Virus record (IMG/VR): IMGVR_UViG_3300049172_000060
Coordinates: 1 to 46,610 of that record
Source of the DNA: a virus
Lineage: Duplodnaviria > Caudoviricetes
Length of the DNA stretch: 46,610 bases
Strand: one strand, 5' to 3'
Shown: one piece after another, positions 34,305 through 43,866 of the stretch
How positions within the stretch are numbered: the stretch's first letter is position 1
How the letters are laid out: each line of letters starts with the position of its first letter
Made by a program: the position numbers and the translations under genes
The notes under the pieces: model-generated
Seen by the model: only the letters and a program-made list of their open reading frames with translations
The model's database searches: none
What the model was told of the DNA's origin: nothing

Positions 34305-34652
34305 ATGGCAAAGAAGGCAACATATAAGCGGCCGCCTAAGAAGCCAATTCGATACAAGCCTGCTGACTTTTTGCGCGGCTCTCAAATGGTCGGCGAAAAG
34401 TATACGGCGTGGGATTCCCACGGGCAGGGGAAGCCAGACTTCGGGAAGGGTGCTGGACCAGGAGAGCCCTACAGGGAGGTCCAGAAGACCAACAGGAAGC
34501 CCCCGAAGGCTTCTCCGGGGTCTAGTGCCGCCAAGGGGGTCATGCCCTCACAGGGCAACGTGACAGGTCCTAGCTGGATCGCAAAAGGTCCCATGGCGAA
34601 TCGTAATGATCCTCGAATTGCTGCCATTCGAAAGCGTTTGGGGTGGTCGTAA
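34305..34652 (+). CDS. small basic protein
   Basis: K/P-rich coupled ORF. Confidence 0.6.
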   Translation: MAKKATYKRPPKKPIRYKPADFLRGSQMVGEKYTAWDSHGQGKPDFGKGAGPGEPYREVQKTNRKPPKASPGSSAAKGVMPSQGNVTGPSWIAKGPMANRNDPRIAAIRKRLGWS

Positions 34653-35216
34653 ATGGCCACAGTCTCCCAAAATGTTCTAGGCGCACTGAAGCCGAAGATT
34701 TCAAATGTTGGCGCAACTGCACCACCAAAGGTGACTGTTGCGAAGCCTAAGCCAAAGCCAAAGCCTAAGCCCAAAAAGAAGGCACCGGCCAAAAAGAAGA
34801 AGCCTTCGGCAACTCAAAAGTATTTGGCTGGCGACACGACGTATCAGCAGCAATTGGCTGATTACAACAAGTCGAAGGCCGAGTATGAAAGCAATTACAA
34901 ACGGCAGAGCAGCATCGTCAATCGGGATTATGCGGAAAGTCAGCGAGCGCTCAATCGCCAAGGCGCGCAGGACCGAATTGACCAGCAGAATGACTTTGCT
35001 GGAAGAGGGATTCTGCACTCAGGAGTCTTTGCGAAGGCGCTTGGGGATTACAACACCGATTTCAATTCCCGAATCAAGCAATTGACAACCGGTAAAACTG
35101 ACCAGCTGGGTGATTTGGGTGCGCAGCGAAGCAGTTTCCTGCGTCAACTCCAAATTGAACAAAACAATGCCCGTGAAGATGCGATTCGTCGCCGTGCCGC
35201 TAGATTGGGGATTTAA
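34653..35216 (+). CDS. putative internal virion protein
   Basis: PK-repeat N-terminus, helical Q-rich body, AGRGILHSG motif. Confidence 0.65.
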   Translation: MATVSQNVLGALKPKISNVGATAPPKVTVAKPKPKPKPKPKKKAPAKKKKPSATQKYLAGDTTYQQQLADYNKSKAEYESNYKRQSSIVNRDYAESQRALNRQGAQDRIDQQNDFAGRGILHSGVFAKALGDYNTDFNSRIKQLTTGKTDQLGDLGAQRSSFLRQLQIEQNNAREDAIRRRAARLGI

Positions 35217-36580
35217 TGCCTGACGTGAGGCAGGAGAATAATTCCAAAAAGACCATTATGAAGAAGAGGAAGAAGGCCAGCAGCAAGAAGAAGAGTTCTG
35301 GTGGCATTCTTTCTGGTCTTGCTTCAAACCCTATGGCTGCACTTTTGAACCCGCGCAATCAGGCGGGCTCAATGGCCGAAGTAATTGAAAAGCAGGCGGC
35401 AGCTCAGAAGCGTCAGGCTGAAGAAAGGGCGCTTTCGAATAGCCCTGCTTTCGCTAACCCTTTTCAGTCGCTTCAGGATCAGCTTTTTGGTGCAGTCAAC
35501 AACATTAATGTTGCGCCGACACCACTTGAGCAGCTTCGAAAGATGGCTGAAAGTCAGGTGGCTGCTCAATTCGACCCAATGATTACTGCCTTGGGTCAGG
35601 AAATGAAGACCCGCGAAACGCGTGCTGGACGTTCACAGAATACAGCACGCGACATGTATGGCGCACTGTCAAAGGATTACCTTTCGCAGCTCCCCGAAAT
35701 GACGCAGCAATTTGCTGCTGAAGATGCGGCGACAAACCAAAGGTATGACCAGGCTCAACAGCAAATGGAAGCTGGCTACGAGCAGAACGCCAACGAGCAG
35801 AATGCAGTTTTGAAGCAGCTTGGAATTCAGGCCGCAGCGCCTGATGCCTCAAAGCAAATGAACGAGGATCAGCAGTATTTTCAGAACCAGGCTGAACTCG
35901 ATCAGCAGTCTGCTATGAGTGCGCTAAATGAACAGCAAATGGCGCAGCAGAATTACCAGCAGAACCTGGGCAGCAATGCAAAGATGGCGGGAGCGAATCT
36001 TGCTTCTGACATTGGTCAGCAGCTAGAAGATTACATGGGTCAGGCCACTGGCCAAATGACGCAGCTTCGAGGTCAAAAGGGATCTGCCCTGGCCGCTCTG
36101 CTTGCTCAATTGCAGCAGCAGGATGCAGAGCGTGTTTCAAATACGCGGCAGCAGGAATTTGACAACATGATGAAGATGTTCAATTTCCAGTTGTCGGCTC
36201 AGGACTCAATGATGGACAACATGCCAAAGCCTGGCGCAGGTGCCGGTGGAGGTTTTGGCGCTGAAGGAACTTTGACTTCGGGTCTGCCTGGAGCTCAAAA
36301 CTACCTTGCCAGCATTTACCCTGACCAGCCAATTATGGCCGGTAATCTTTACGACCAACTTACCGATGTGCTTCAGAACAAGAATGTCACTCAGGGTAAG
36401 TTTGTTTTGGACCCTGGCGATCCCGCAATGGGCAAGGCGCCAAAGTATTCCGACGTCGGCCAGGAATACATGATGGATTTGCTTAAGAAGGAATTCGAAA
36501 AGGAGGGCAGCCGTTACGGGCAGCGGGACATCAATGCTACTATGGCGGCTCTTCAGGCGTATCTAGGAAAGCTGAGGTGA
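35216..36580 (+). CDS. putative internal virion (ejection) protein
   Basis: 454 aa, Q/A/M-rich helical; position after nozzle. Confidence 0.65.
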   Translation: MPDVRQENNSKKTIMKKRKKASSKKKSSGGILSGLASNPMAALLNPRNQAGSMAEVIEKQAAAQKRQAEERALSNSPAFANPFQSLQDQLFGAVNNINVAPTPLEQLRKMAESQVAAQFDPMITALGQEMKTRETRAGRSQNTARDMYGALSKDYLSQLPEMTQQFAAEDAATNQRYDQAQQQMEAGYEQNANEQNAVLKQLGIQAAAPDASKQMNEDQQYFQNQAELDQQSAMSALNEQQMAQQNYQQNLGSNAKMAGANLASDIGQQLEDYMGQATGQMTQLRGQKGSALAALLAQLQQQDAERVSNTRQQEFDNMMKMFNFQLSAQDSMMDNMPKPGAGAGGGFGAEGTLTSGLPGAQNYLASIYPDQPIMAGNLYDQLTDVLQNKNVTQGKFVLDPGDPAMGKAPKYSDVGQEYMMDLLKKEFEKEGSRYGQRDINATMAALQAYLGKLR

Positions 36581-36581
36581 A

Positions 36582-39500
36582 ATGGTATACCGACCCCTAG
36601 ACCTCAGTTTCATGCAAAACCAGTATTCGCCGCAGCGTGATTCAATTGCGAATACCGCCGCCATGATTATGGCGAATTCTGGGTGGTCGAAGCCGTCTCA
36701 GGCCACAATGCGTGAAATTGCCAAGGCCAATAAAAAGGCCAAGGCTGAATACAACGCTGCTCACAAGCAAAGTTTCCTGAGTAGCATCTTTGATTTGCTT
36801 CAAACGCCACTTTACGGTGTCGCAAATGCATTGGATGAAGCGCTTGCGGGTCATCAGGAAGATAATGACGACAGTGTGCTTGATGACGTCGGCAAAACAA
36901 TCGGAGGTGTCGTCACCGGAGCTGGACGAGGAATTGGTGCAGGCCTTCGAGGAGCTACGGGAATTGCTGACCTCATTCCCGGTATCGACATCAATGACGA
37001 ATGGCAGTCCAACCCAGAAGACAAAACCCATTTCTCCGATGTAGCAATTCGCAACACGGTTGGAATGGCAACCGGCGATGCAATGAAGCCGAAAAACTGG
37101 GAAGAAGTCAAGGGTAAGCTTCAAAAGGTCAATGACAAGTCGACATGGGACAAAACATTTTTTGAGCTCTTTGTTCCCGACGACCTCGAAAGTGAAGATG
37201 CCCGCGAAAAGTACTTTCGCAATCAGGCTCTTGCTGGAATTCCAGTCGACATTGGCGCTGACCCGCTAAACCTTGTGCTGCCTGGAATTGGTGGTGCCCG
37301 AGCCGCAACAAAGGGTATCACTGAAGGCCTTGATGCGGCTCGCGCTTCTGAAGGCACGGAAGCAATTGCTGCTGGCCTTAATTCAAAGGCTGCTCGCGAG
37401 CTTGAAATCAAACCTCAATTTGATGCTGGCCACGCTCCCCCGGTTCAGGCAATTGACGAAACTGTTCAGCCTGGCGTTGCAGCCAACATTGCTGACGTAC
37501 CGCTTAATTTGCCTAAGGGTAAGTTCAAAACCCTGGCCAACATTGGTCGTCGGGAGGAAGTCCCCGACGTACCCGTGCAGGGCGAAATGCCTTTCAAGGT
37601 GCAGGGTAAGCTAGCGAAAACAATTGTGACCCTAGCGGCAACCGGTGAAAAGGGTTGGCTTTACAGGGCCGCTGACATTTTGCGCCAAGCTCCTGGCAAT
37701 GTTAAATGGGCGAACACTGAAGGTTTTCTTCAGCGTGCCGACAAGGCAATTCGCGCCAAGCCTGGAATGCGGCACAACCCAGAGCGAATGTACCCGGTAC
37801 TTTTCGAAGCTATCGGAAAAGACCTTGCGGCCGCTAGGAAACCAGTCAACGCAGAGCGACGAATTGCAAATACTGGCGAAGCTGCAATTGGGGCTGGCGT
37901 CAAGGGTGGCAGAATTGTCGCCGAGGGTGAAGCAGTAGCGGGTCTTAAGAAGTCTGAGGCAATCCTTGCGAACAAGGTCGTCGGCAAATTTGAAAATGAA
38001 ATCCTGGGAACGACACGGGCTCCCGGAACTTATGAAGGCCTTGCTAGAGCCATTACCGGAGGAAGAAACGTTCGTTATTCAGGTCCTCAACAGGCCCGAA
38101 TGTGGAACCAAATCACAAGTAGTCTCAAGTATGGAGATGCCCGTAAGTTTGATAAGGCCGTTCGGGTTTTGCGGTCTGTTGAAGATTATTTCATCTCAAA
38201 GGGAATGAAACCGCATTCGGCCACCAAAGTTGATGGCCCGGATGCAAGCGTTCCCCTTCGACTTTCAAAGGTAATTGAAGCTCTTGGCGCTCAATCGGTT
38301 GCAAAGAATCATGCGTATCTCACTGGAATTCTTCGGGGTGACCCCAAAGCATTGGCTCACCTCACGCCGGAAGAGCTCAACATTCTGCGTGAGGTGCGAG
38401 CAGGCGAGGCAATTGAGGCTGCTCCAGCTGTACAGAAGGGAATAACGGCAGGGCGTGAAGTTGCCGAACTTTTGGCAAAAATGCCTGCCAGCGCCGGGCG
38501 TAAAGCTGCTGCCATCAACACGGCAATTCGGGATGTCAAAACATTCACCGCTGCTCAAGGTGGTGGCGATGTTGGCGCACATGTTGTCGGCGAATACATG
38601 GGCAACATTTTGGGTAAGACTGACCCAATCAATGCCGCCCTGCACGCCAATAAATTGGACACAGAAGCTTGGCTCGGAACGGCAGGCAAGGGCGTAATGT
38701 CTGCCGGAAAGGGTCGCGGAAAGGTCGGTGCGTCTGGTGGTTTTGTTAATGATCCTGAGTTTGTGCGCAGCGTCACCAATGCAATTGGCAAGGCAGCAGA
38801 TTTGCCTTCGCCTGCCCAATTGGGTCGACTTGTTGGACCAGCGGCAAAGGTAACCGATTGGCTCGGCGCACGATTTAACGCAGCATACGGCGTTCAGGAC
38901 ATGCGGCCGATTTTTCTTCGAGAGCAAGCCTCCGCAATGAGCACTACCGGCAGGAGGGCGAAACTTCTAAATGGATTGGCTCGCAAGTACCCTCCGGCAA
39001 ATGTTGACCTTTGGCATGAGGCTTTTCGTGCAGCGCAACAGAATGGTGTTTCGAGTGGCCAGGTTGCTGAGCTTCAGCGTGAAATTGCAAAGGTCATGGA
39101 AAACCTCTTCGGGGGCACTGGTCTTCGTGCTGGCGCAGTTGCTGACTCTACCGTCATTGGGCGCAATCGCCTACTTTTGGATGAACTCAACACGAACCTG
39201 AAGCGATTTGGTTTGGGCAAGTACCAATTTGATGCCGGTAAAAAGGTCACGGCAGCCGATGGTACGGTACATGACTTTTCGCAGGGCCTCGATTGGATGA
39301 AGTCCTGGGAAGTTTGGGACATTGCCAAGCCGTATGAATTCTTGCATCAGGTTCAGAATGCAATTGAGTTCACCGTTCGAGAAAAGAACATGTTCGATGA
39401 CATCATCAGCAGATTCGCCAGCCCCAAAAAGGCCGGTGACGTCAAATACGGGGTCAGCCATCCTCGCCTGAAGGGATACTATTTCACCCAGGAAGGCGCA

Positions 39501-40808
39501 AAGCAGGCTCAGGTATTTGTGCGTATGCTGGAAGAAGTTTCAACGCCGAATTCGAAGGCGCTCCAGCATTTCGATCACGTGCTTTCGAAGCTAAAGGCAG
39601 CACTAACGATTTACATTCCGTCCCACCACTGGACGAACCTTATTGGCTCCAATTACATGAACTGGATCGCTGGCGTCAATAAGCCAGTTCGGTACGAGCA
39701 GGCCATTAAGGTTATGCTTGCCCAAAAGGGCCGGTATGGTGATTTTGCAACGCTCGACAAATTGACTGGCCCCAAAGCACTTGAGCAAGCAATGGCAAGA
39801 AGTTTGGTTAAACCTGATGCGGGTCTCAATTTGCCTGCGGCCGGTAATAAAACTATCGTCACAATGCAAAATGGCACCAAAGTGACGGCCGACATGGTTT
39901 ACACGGCCGCATACAAAGCTGGCATTCTGCCCTCGTCGAGGGTATTGGAAGAAGTCGCCAGCGACGTCACAAATGTGCTTGATAAGTTCCGACCTTTGGG
40001 TGGGCAAGGCCAAAGAGCGGTCCATGCAATTTCGGAAGTTCGCGAACACATTCCACGTCTAGCGCTCTTTGTTGACCGCATCGCAAAGCATAAGGGTAGC
40101 TTTGAAAGTGCTGTCGAAAATGGTTCACGCGCGGTACGCAAATGGCATCCCGACGGCCTAGACCTCACAAAGTTCGAGCGCAATGTAATGAAGCGCGTTT
40201 TCCCATTCTATTCCTGGACGCGAAAGGCTATCCCCCTGGCAATTGAGGCAACCCTTTTCGCCGGGCCGAAGGTAATGGCATATCCCCGAGTGATGGAAGC
40301 GATTGCACTTTCAAATGGAATCGACCCAGCACAAGGCCCAACGGACATGTTTCCGACTGATCAAATGTTCCCTGATTGGGTTCGCGATCGGGGTATTGGT
40401 CCAATCATGGGGGGTGCCGGGTCTTACAAGGTAATTAACCCCTCGACACCAATTCTCGACACGCTCACCCTTTTGGGTCACCCCGGTCAAAGTTCAATCG
40501 ACATGCTTAACCCAATGATGAAGGTTCCAATTGAAGTCAATCAAGGTTCTACCCTTGGCCGAAGCATTCCAATTGACAGCTACCCGGACTATGCCGCCAA
40601 GCAAATTCCGGGCCTATCCCAACTTGGAAGGACCTCGGGGCAGTTTGGCGTTTCGGACTCAACTAAAGCTGAAGGTTTCCCCAACTATGCAAACATCAGG
40701 AACCTTCTATTTGGAATAAAGGAAATCAACACCGGCAAGTACCAAAAGTCGGCGCAGTTTGATTTGCGTGATTACCTCAAAGCAAAGGGCGAGCAGCAAG
40801 GGAGGTAA
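36582..40808 (+). CDS. large internal virion (ejection) protein
   Basis: 1408 aa; DPLN.V motif and C-terminal LT.FER..MKR.FPFYSW..K motif typical of podovirus ejection proteins. Confidence 0.7.
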   Translation: MVYRPLDLSFMQNQYSPQRDSIANTAAMIMANSGWSKPSQATMREIAKANKKAKAEYNAAHKQSFLSSIFDLLQTPLYGVANALDEALAGHQEDNDDSVLDDVGKTIGGVVTGAGRGIGAGLRGATGIADLIPGIDINDEWQSNPEDKTHFSDVAIRNTVGMATGDAMKPKNWEEVKGKLQKVNDKSTWDKTFFELFVPDDLESEDAREKYFRNQALAGIPVDIGADPLNLVLPGIGGARAATKGITEGLDAARASEGTEAIAAGLNSKAARELEIKPQFDAGHAPPVQAIDETVQPGVAANIADVPLNLPKGKFKTLANIGRREEVPDVPVQGEMPFKVQGKLAKTIVTLAATGEKGWLYRAADILRQAPGNVKWANTEGFLQRADKAIRAKPGMRHNPERMYPVLFEAIGKDLAAARKPVNAERRIANTGEAAIGAGVKGGRIVAEGEAVAGLKKSEAILANKVVGKFENEILGTTRAPGTYEGLARAITGGRNVRYSGPQQARMWNQITSSLKYGDARKFDKAVRVLRSVEDYFISKGMKPHSATKVDGPDASVPLRLSKVIEALGAQSVAKNHAYLTGILRGDPKALAHLTPEELNILREVRAGEAIEAAPAVQKGITAGREVAELLAKMPASAGRKAAAINTAIRDVKTFTAAQGGGDVGAHVVGEYMGNILGKTDPINAALHANKLDTEAWLGTAGKGVMSAGKGRGKVGASGGFVNDPEFVRSVTNAIGKAADLPSPAQLGRLVGPAAKVTDWLGARFNAAYGVQDMRPIFLREQASAMSTTGRRAKLLNGLARKYPPANVDLWHEAFRAAQQNGVSSGQVAELQREIAKVMENLFGGTGLRAGAVADSTVIGRNRLLLDELNTNLKRFGLGKYQFDAGKKVTAADGTVHDFSQGLDWMKSWEVWDIAKPYEFLHQVQNAIEFTVREKNMFDDIISRFASPKKAGDVKYGVSHPRLKGYYFTQEGAKQAQVFVRMLEEVSTPNSKALQHFDHVLSKLKAALTIYIPSHHWTNLIGSNYMNWIAGVNKPVRYEQAIKVMLAQKGRYGDFATLDKLTGPKALEQAMARSLVKPDAGLNLPAAGNKTIVTMQNGTKVTADMVYTAAYKAGILPSSRVLEEVASDVTNVLDKFRPLGGQGQRAVHAISEVREHIPRLALFVDRIAKHKGSFESAVENGSRAVRKWHPDGLDLTKFERNVMKRVFPFYSWTRKAIPLAIEATLFAGPKVMAYPRVMEAIALSNGIDPAQGPTDMFPTDQMFPDWVRDRGIGPIMGGAGSYKVINPSTPILDTLTLLGHPGQSSIDMLNPMMKVPIEVNQGSTLGRSIPIDSYPDYAAKQIPGLSQLGRTSGQFGVSDSTKAEGFPNYANIRNLLFGIKEINTGKYQKSAQFDLRDYLKAKGEQQGR

Positions 40809-41648
40809 ATGGCCACAGGGTTTGATAGTTTCAAAGCTAAGCTAGGCATCGGTAGTCCGACGATGCGTGGCAAGGGTTTCAATTACACGCCGACCATTAT
40901 GGCCCAGGGTCAAACGACTGATTCAATTGGTCAAAGCGTGCTTGACAAATTGGGTCAACGCAAAGACGCGGGCCAGTCGATTTATGACAATATGAAACAG
41001 CAGGGCACAAATCGCCTTGCAACTGATTTGGTAAATAAATCGGCCGGCCTGAAGTTTGACGAATTCGGCAAGCCTGAACTTAAGCTCGGCGATTTCGGTA
41101 ACCTATTTCAAAGCCGAGTCAAAGGCATTAGCGAACGCGGTGATTTGGCAACCCAGGCTGCCGAAAGTAGACAGGCCTACAAAAACGCAGTCAACATGCA
41201 AAACCTGGGCCAATACGGTTTCACTGGCGAATTCAGTGTTGGCCCGAGTGGCAGTACCGGAACTGACATTCCTGGAGCGTCATCGAACAATGTCGGTGCT
41301 AAAGCTGCATCAATGGCAATGCAGGTCGACAAGAATGGCACCGGCTATGTCTGGGGCGGTAATTCACTTTCAACCGGCGTCGATTGTTCCGGCCTCGTGC
41401 AGCAAATTTACCGACGTCTTGGCGTAAGTGTACCGCGAACCACTTACGAACAGGCCAAGCACGGCAGGAAAGTTTCAGTTGCCCAAATCAGGCCTGGCGA
41501 TTTGGTATTTTACCGAGGCCTCGACCACGTTGGTATTTACATCGGTAACGGCAAAATTGTGCACGCTGCAAATCGAAACCTAGGCGTAATCACTTCGGGC
41601 TTGAACAATAGCAACGGTGCGCCTAGTCTGGTATTGCGACCCTACTAA
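40809..41648 (+). CDS. NlpC/P60 cell-wall peptidase
   Basis: YVWGG...GVDCSGLVQ...PRTT...PGDLVFY...HVGIYIGNGKIVHA. Confidence 0.93.
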   Translation: MATGFDSFKAKLGIGSPTMRGKGFNYTPTIMAQGQTTDSIGQSVLDKLGQRKDAGQSIYDNMKQQGTNRLATDLVNKSAGLKFDEFGKPELKLGDFGNLFQSRVKGISERGDLATQAAESRQAYKNAVNMQNLGQYGFTGEFSVGPSGSTGTDIPGASSNNVGAKAASMAMQVDKNGTGYVWGGNSLSTGVDCSGLVQQIYRRLGVSVPRTTYEQAKHGRKVSVAQIRPGDLVFYRGLDHVGIYIGNGKIVHAANRNLGVITSGLNNSNGAPSLVLRPY

Positions 41649-41664
41649 TGAAGGAGGTGTAAAG

Positions 41665-42234
41665 ATGGCCGTAAGTTTCGGTTCAGAGAACAATTTGAAT
41701 TCGATTATGAGCCAGCTGGGACAGATCGGACAAAGAGGCACATATACGCCCCAAATGAAGCTGCCCAAGCCAAAGGCTCCACAGGCCCTACAGCCGTTCT
41801 CAGGACTGCCCTCGGGCCTTGGGTCCAATTCCCAGGTTACCGCCGGTACAGGGTCGGTTCCGGGCGATCTCGGGCGTCTCATGAGGGCTATCCGGGGCCA
41901 GGAGTCGGGGGGCAACTACCGGGCCACAAATCCCTCAGGAGCCTCTGGAGCATATCAAATCCTTCAGAGTAACTTTGTCAATTCGGGGGGTTGGGACAAA
42001 GAAGCTCTGGGATATGACATTTCGTACAACCAATTTATGAACAGCCCTCAAATCCAAGACAAGATTGCTGCCTACAAGTTGGGGCAGTATTTGAAGTCGC
42101 GTGGAATGGCTGGCGCTGCCGCAACATGGTATGGCGGCGATTGGGGCTATAAAAACATGTACAACAAGCGCCCTCAGAATGGCTACCCGTCGATGTACGA
42201 ATACGTGATGAGCATTCTGAATAGAGCTAAGTAG
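41665..42234 (+). CDS. lytic transglycosylase-like protein
   Basis: AIRGQESGGNY.ATNPSGASGAYQI...QDKIA...WY.G. Confidence 0.85.
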   Translation: MAVSFGSENNLNSIMSQLGQIGQRGTYTPQMKLPKPKAPQALQPFSGLPSGLGSNSQVTAGTGSVPGDLGRLMRAIRGQESGGNYRATNPSGASGAYQILQSNFVNSGGWDKEALGYDISYNQFMNSPQIQDKIAAYKLGQYLKSRGMAGAAATWYGGDWGYKNMYNKRPQNGYPSMYEYVMSILNRAK

Positions 42235-42245
42235 AGGGGGGTCCT

Positions 42246-42449
42246 ATTTCTGACGAGCACCCGAAAACATTTCGCGAGGTTGGAATCATGCTCAACCAAA
42301 TGCGAAATGAGCAGACCGCCGCAAGAGATGAATTTCGCGATGGACTTCGTGATATCAAATCAGGCCAGCAAAAGGTAATTTGGTGGGTCGCTGGAATGGT
42401 TTCTTCACTTGTTGTTGGTGGCATCCTGGGGTGGGTGTTCCAAAAATAG
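42246..42449 (+). CDS. XhlA-like small membrane protein (not in track; probable ATT start)
   Basis: ISDEHPKTFREVG...IKSGQQKVIWWVAGMVSSLVVGGILGWVFQK: coiled coil plus C-terminal TM. Confidence 0.6.
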   Translation: MSDEHPKTFREVGIMLNQMRNEQTAARDEFRDGLRDIKSGQQKVIWWVAGMVSSLVVGGILGWVFQK

Positions 42450-42577
42450 AACGACCTAGAAAGGTGACCCTAAGCTTTAGTCTTTAACTAGGCTTTAGGT
42501 CGGGCAAAGTAGAGTAAAGTCGGCAGATGAAAAAATCCGTTCAACACGCTGTCACCACACTGGACACAAGTTGAGCG

Positions 42578-42913
42578 TTGTCTTACCGTATACATGTGCC
42601 TAGCCAATTCGGATGGCAAGCAGGCGCAGCGTGCAAAGGAGTACCGTCATACCTATTCTTCCCTGAAGAAATGGAGCGGGAAGGTTTCAAGGAAAACCCG
42701 CAATTCAAAGGTAGAAGCGGTAAAGACTACTGCGCCAATTGCCCGGTAGAAGCAATATGCCGTGAATTCTCCGTGCTGCACGACGAAGAAGGCATATGGG
42801 GGAATACCACAACGGGCCAAAGAGCTCGTAGGTATCCACGGGATGAAAGGTTTGAAATGCGAAACGACCAGGAAGATTTGGGGAATTATTACCCCCTCTA
42901 CGGTCATAGCTGA
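42578..42913 (+). CDS. whiB: WhiB-family Fe-S transcription factor
   Basis: WQAGAACKG...FFP...CANCPV...C...EGIWG.TT..QR. Confidence 0.9.
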   Translation: MSYRIHVPSQFGWQAGAACKGVPSYLFFPEEMEREGFKENPQFKGRSGKDYCANCPVEAICREFSVLHDEEGIWGNTTTGQRARRYPRDERFEMRNDQEDLGNYYPLYGHS

Positions 42914-42947
42914 AGTGGCCATCAGCTAAAACCCAACCCCCCACATG

Positions 42948-42983
42948 CAAAAACCCCCTTGCAAAGATGCAGGGGGGTTTTTG
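42948..42983. terminator. bidirectional intrinsic terminator at the convergence point
   Basis: CAAAAACCCCCTTGCA-AAGA-TGCAGGGGGGTTTTTG. Confidence 0.85.
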
Positions 42984-43178
42984 TTATTGCTCGTAGGACT
43001 TTGCTCTAGCTTCTGCCCTTTTAACTTCGCGCTTCAGTTTTCGAATTGCTTGTTCTTGAGTGAGGTATCCAATGTCTACACCCCACTCGTATGCAGTGTG
43101 CTCAATTTGGGCCATCGTCATTTTGTCGAGCTCGCCACTGTCTACAATCTCGATGGCTAGTTTTAGCTCGTCCCTCAC
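42984..43178 (-). CDS. hypothetical protein
   Basis: coupled ORF ending at the terminator. Confidence 0.65.
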   Translation of the reverse strand: MRDELKLAIEIVDSGELDKMTMAQIEHTAYEWGVDIGYLTQEQAIRKLKREVKRAEARAKSYEQ

Positions 43179-43675
43179 AGCAACCTTTCCTGCCCCTTCA
43201 TTGTGATTTGGTCAGGGTTGTGAATCCACTGGCGACGCTTCATCCAATACACGGCGTGGCACCATGCGCTTTGGTCGTCCTTGGGATGCTGTGCCATTTT
43301 GAATGGTGCCCACTTTCGAGCCATGGGCAGAACGTCTTTTGGTTCCTGGAGAGTTATTTTTGCATTACTCCACTTTGCGGCTAGCTCAATTGCACCAATG
43401 ATTCGAATCGTCTTGACCTCGTCCCAAAACCAGGTCTTCTTGCGAGGGTCATCATTTGAATTGACCCTGAAGTTTTCGACGGCGAAGAACATCTCACCAT
43501 CTGGGTTTGCCTGCCTAATCCCCCATACGGTATGCAGAATGTCATGCAGCCCGTCGGTTGTGTAAATGTCCATGATCTTTGTGTCGCCGGTTCTGGTTTC
43601 GGTGTTGTATTTGATGTACACGAAACCATTGTTAACTTCGCCCGGGTCGATACCGAAAACGTGTTTAAATACCAC
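43175..43675 (-). CDS. RuvC-like Holliday junction resolvase
   Basis: VFGIDPG...G, AVENF, IIGAIE, H..DDQSA RNase H-fold acidic residues. Confidence 0.75.
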   Translation of the reverse strand: MVFKHVFGIDPGEVNNGFVYIKYNTETRTGDTKIMDIYTTDGLHDILHTVWGIRQANPDGEMFFAVENFRVNSNDDPRKKTWFWDEVKTIRIIGAIELAAKWSNAKITLQEPKDVLPMARKWAPFKMAQHPKDDQSAWCHAVYWMKRRQWIHNPDQITMKGQERLL

Positions 43676-43866
43676 TACTCCCCCTTTGCCTTATTAATTT
43701 CTTTGACCTTTTCCATCAACTTGTCGAAAGCCGTGTCGCCGCCAGTCTCAAATAGTTTTTGGACGTACGGCAAATTTCCAGTCAGCTTTCTGACAATGCG
43801 AACAATGTTGGCTAGGGCTTTAATTTCACCCTCAGTCAACATTACAACATGGCGTCTAGTCATCAT
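43675..43866 (-). CDS. hypothetical protein
   Basis: coupled ORF. Confidence 0.55.
   Translation of the reverse strand: MMTRRHVVMLTEGEIKALANIVRIVRKLTGNLPYVQKLFETGGDTAFDKLMEKVKEINKAKGE

Noticed and set aside
34741-34805. AAGCC(T/A) tandem repeat
   Set aside because: It simply encodes a Pro-Lys low-complexity tract with varied wobble positions.
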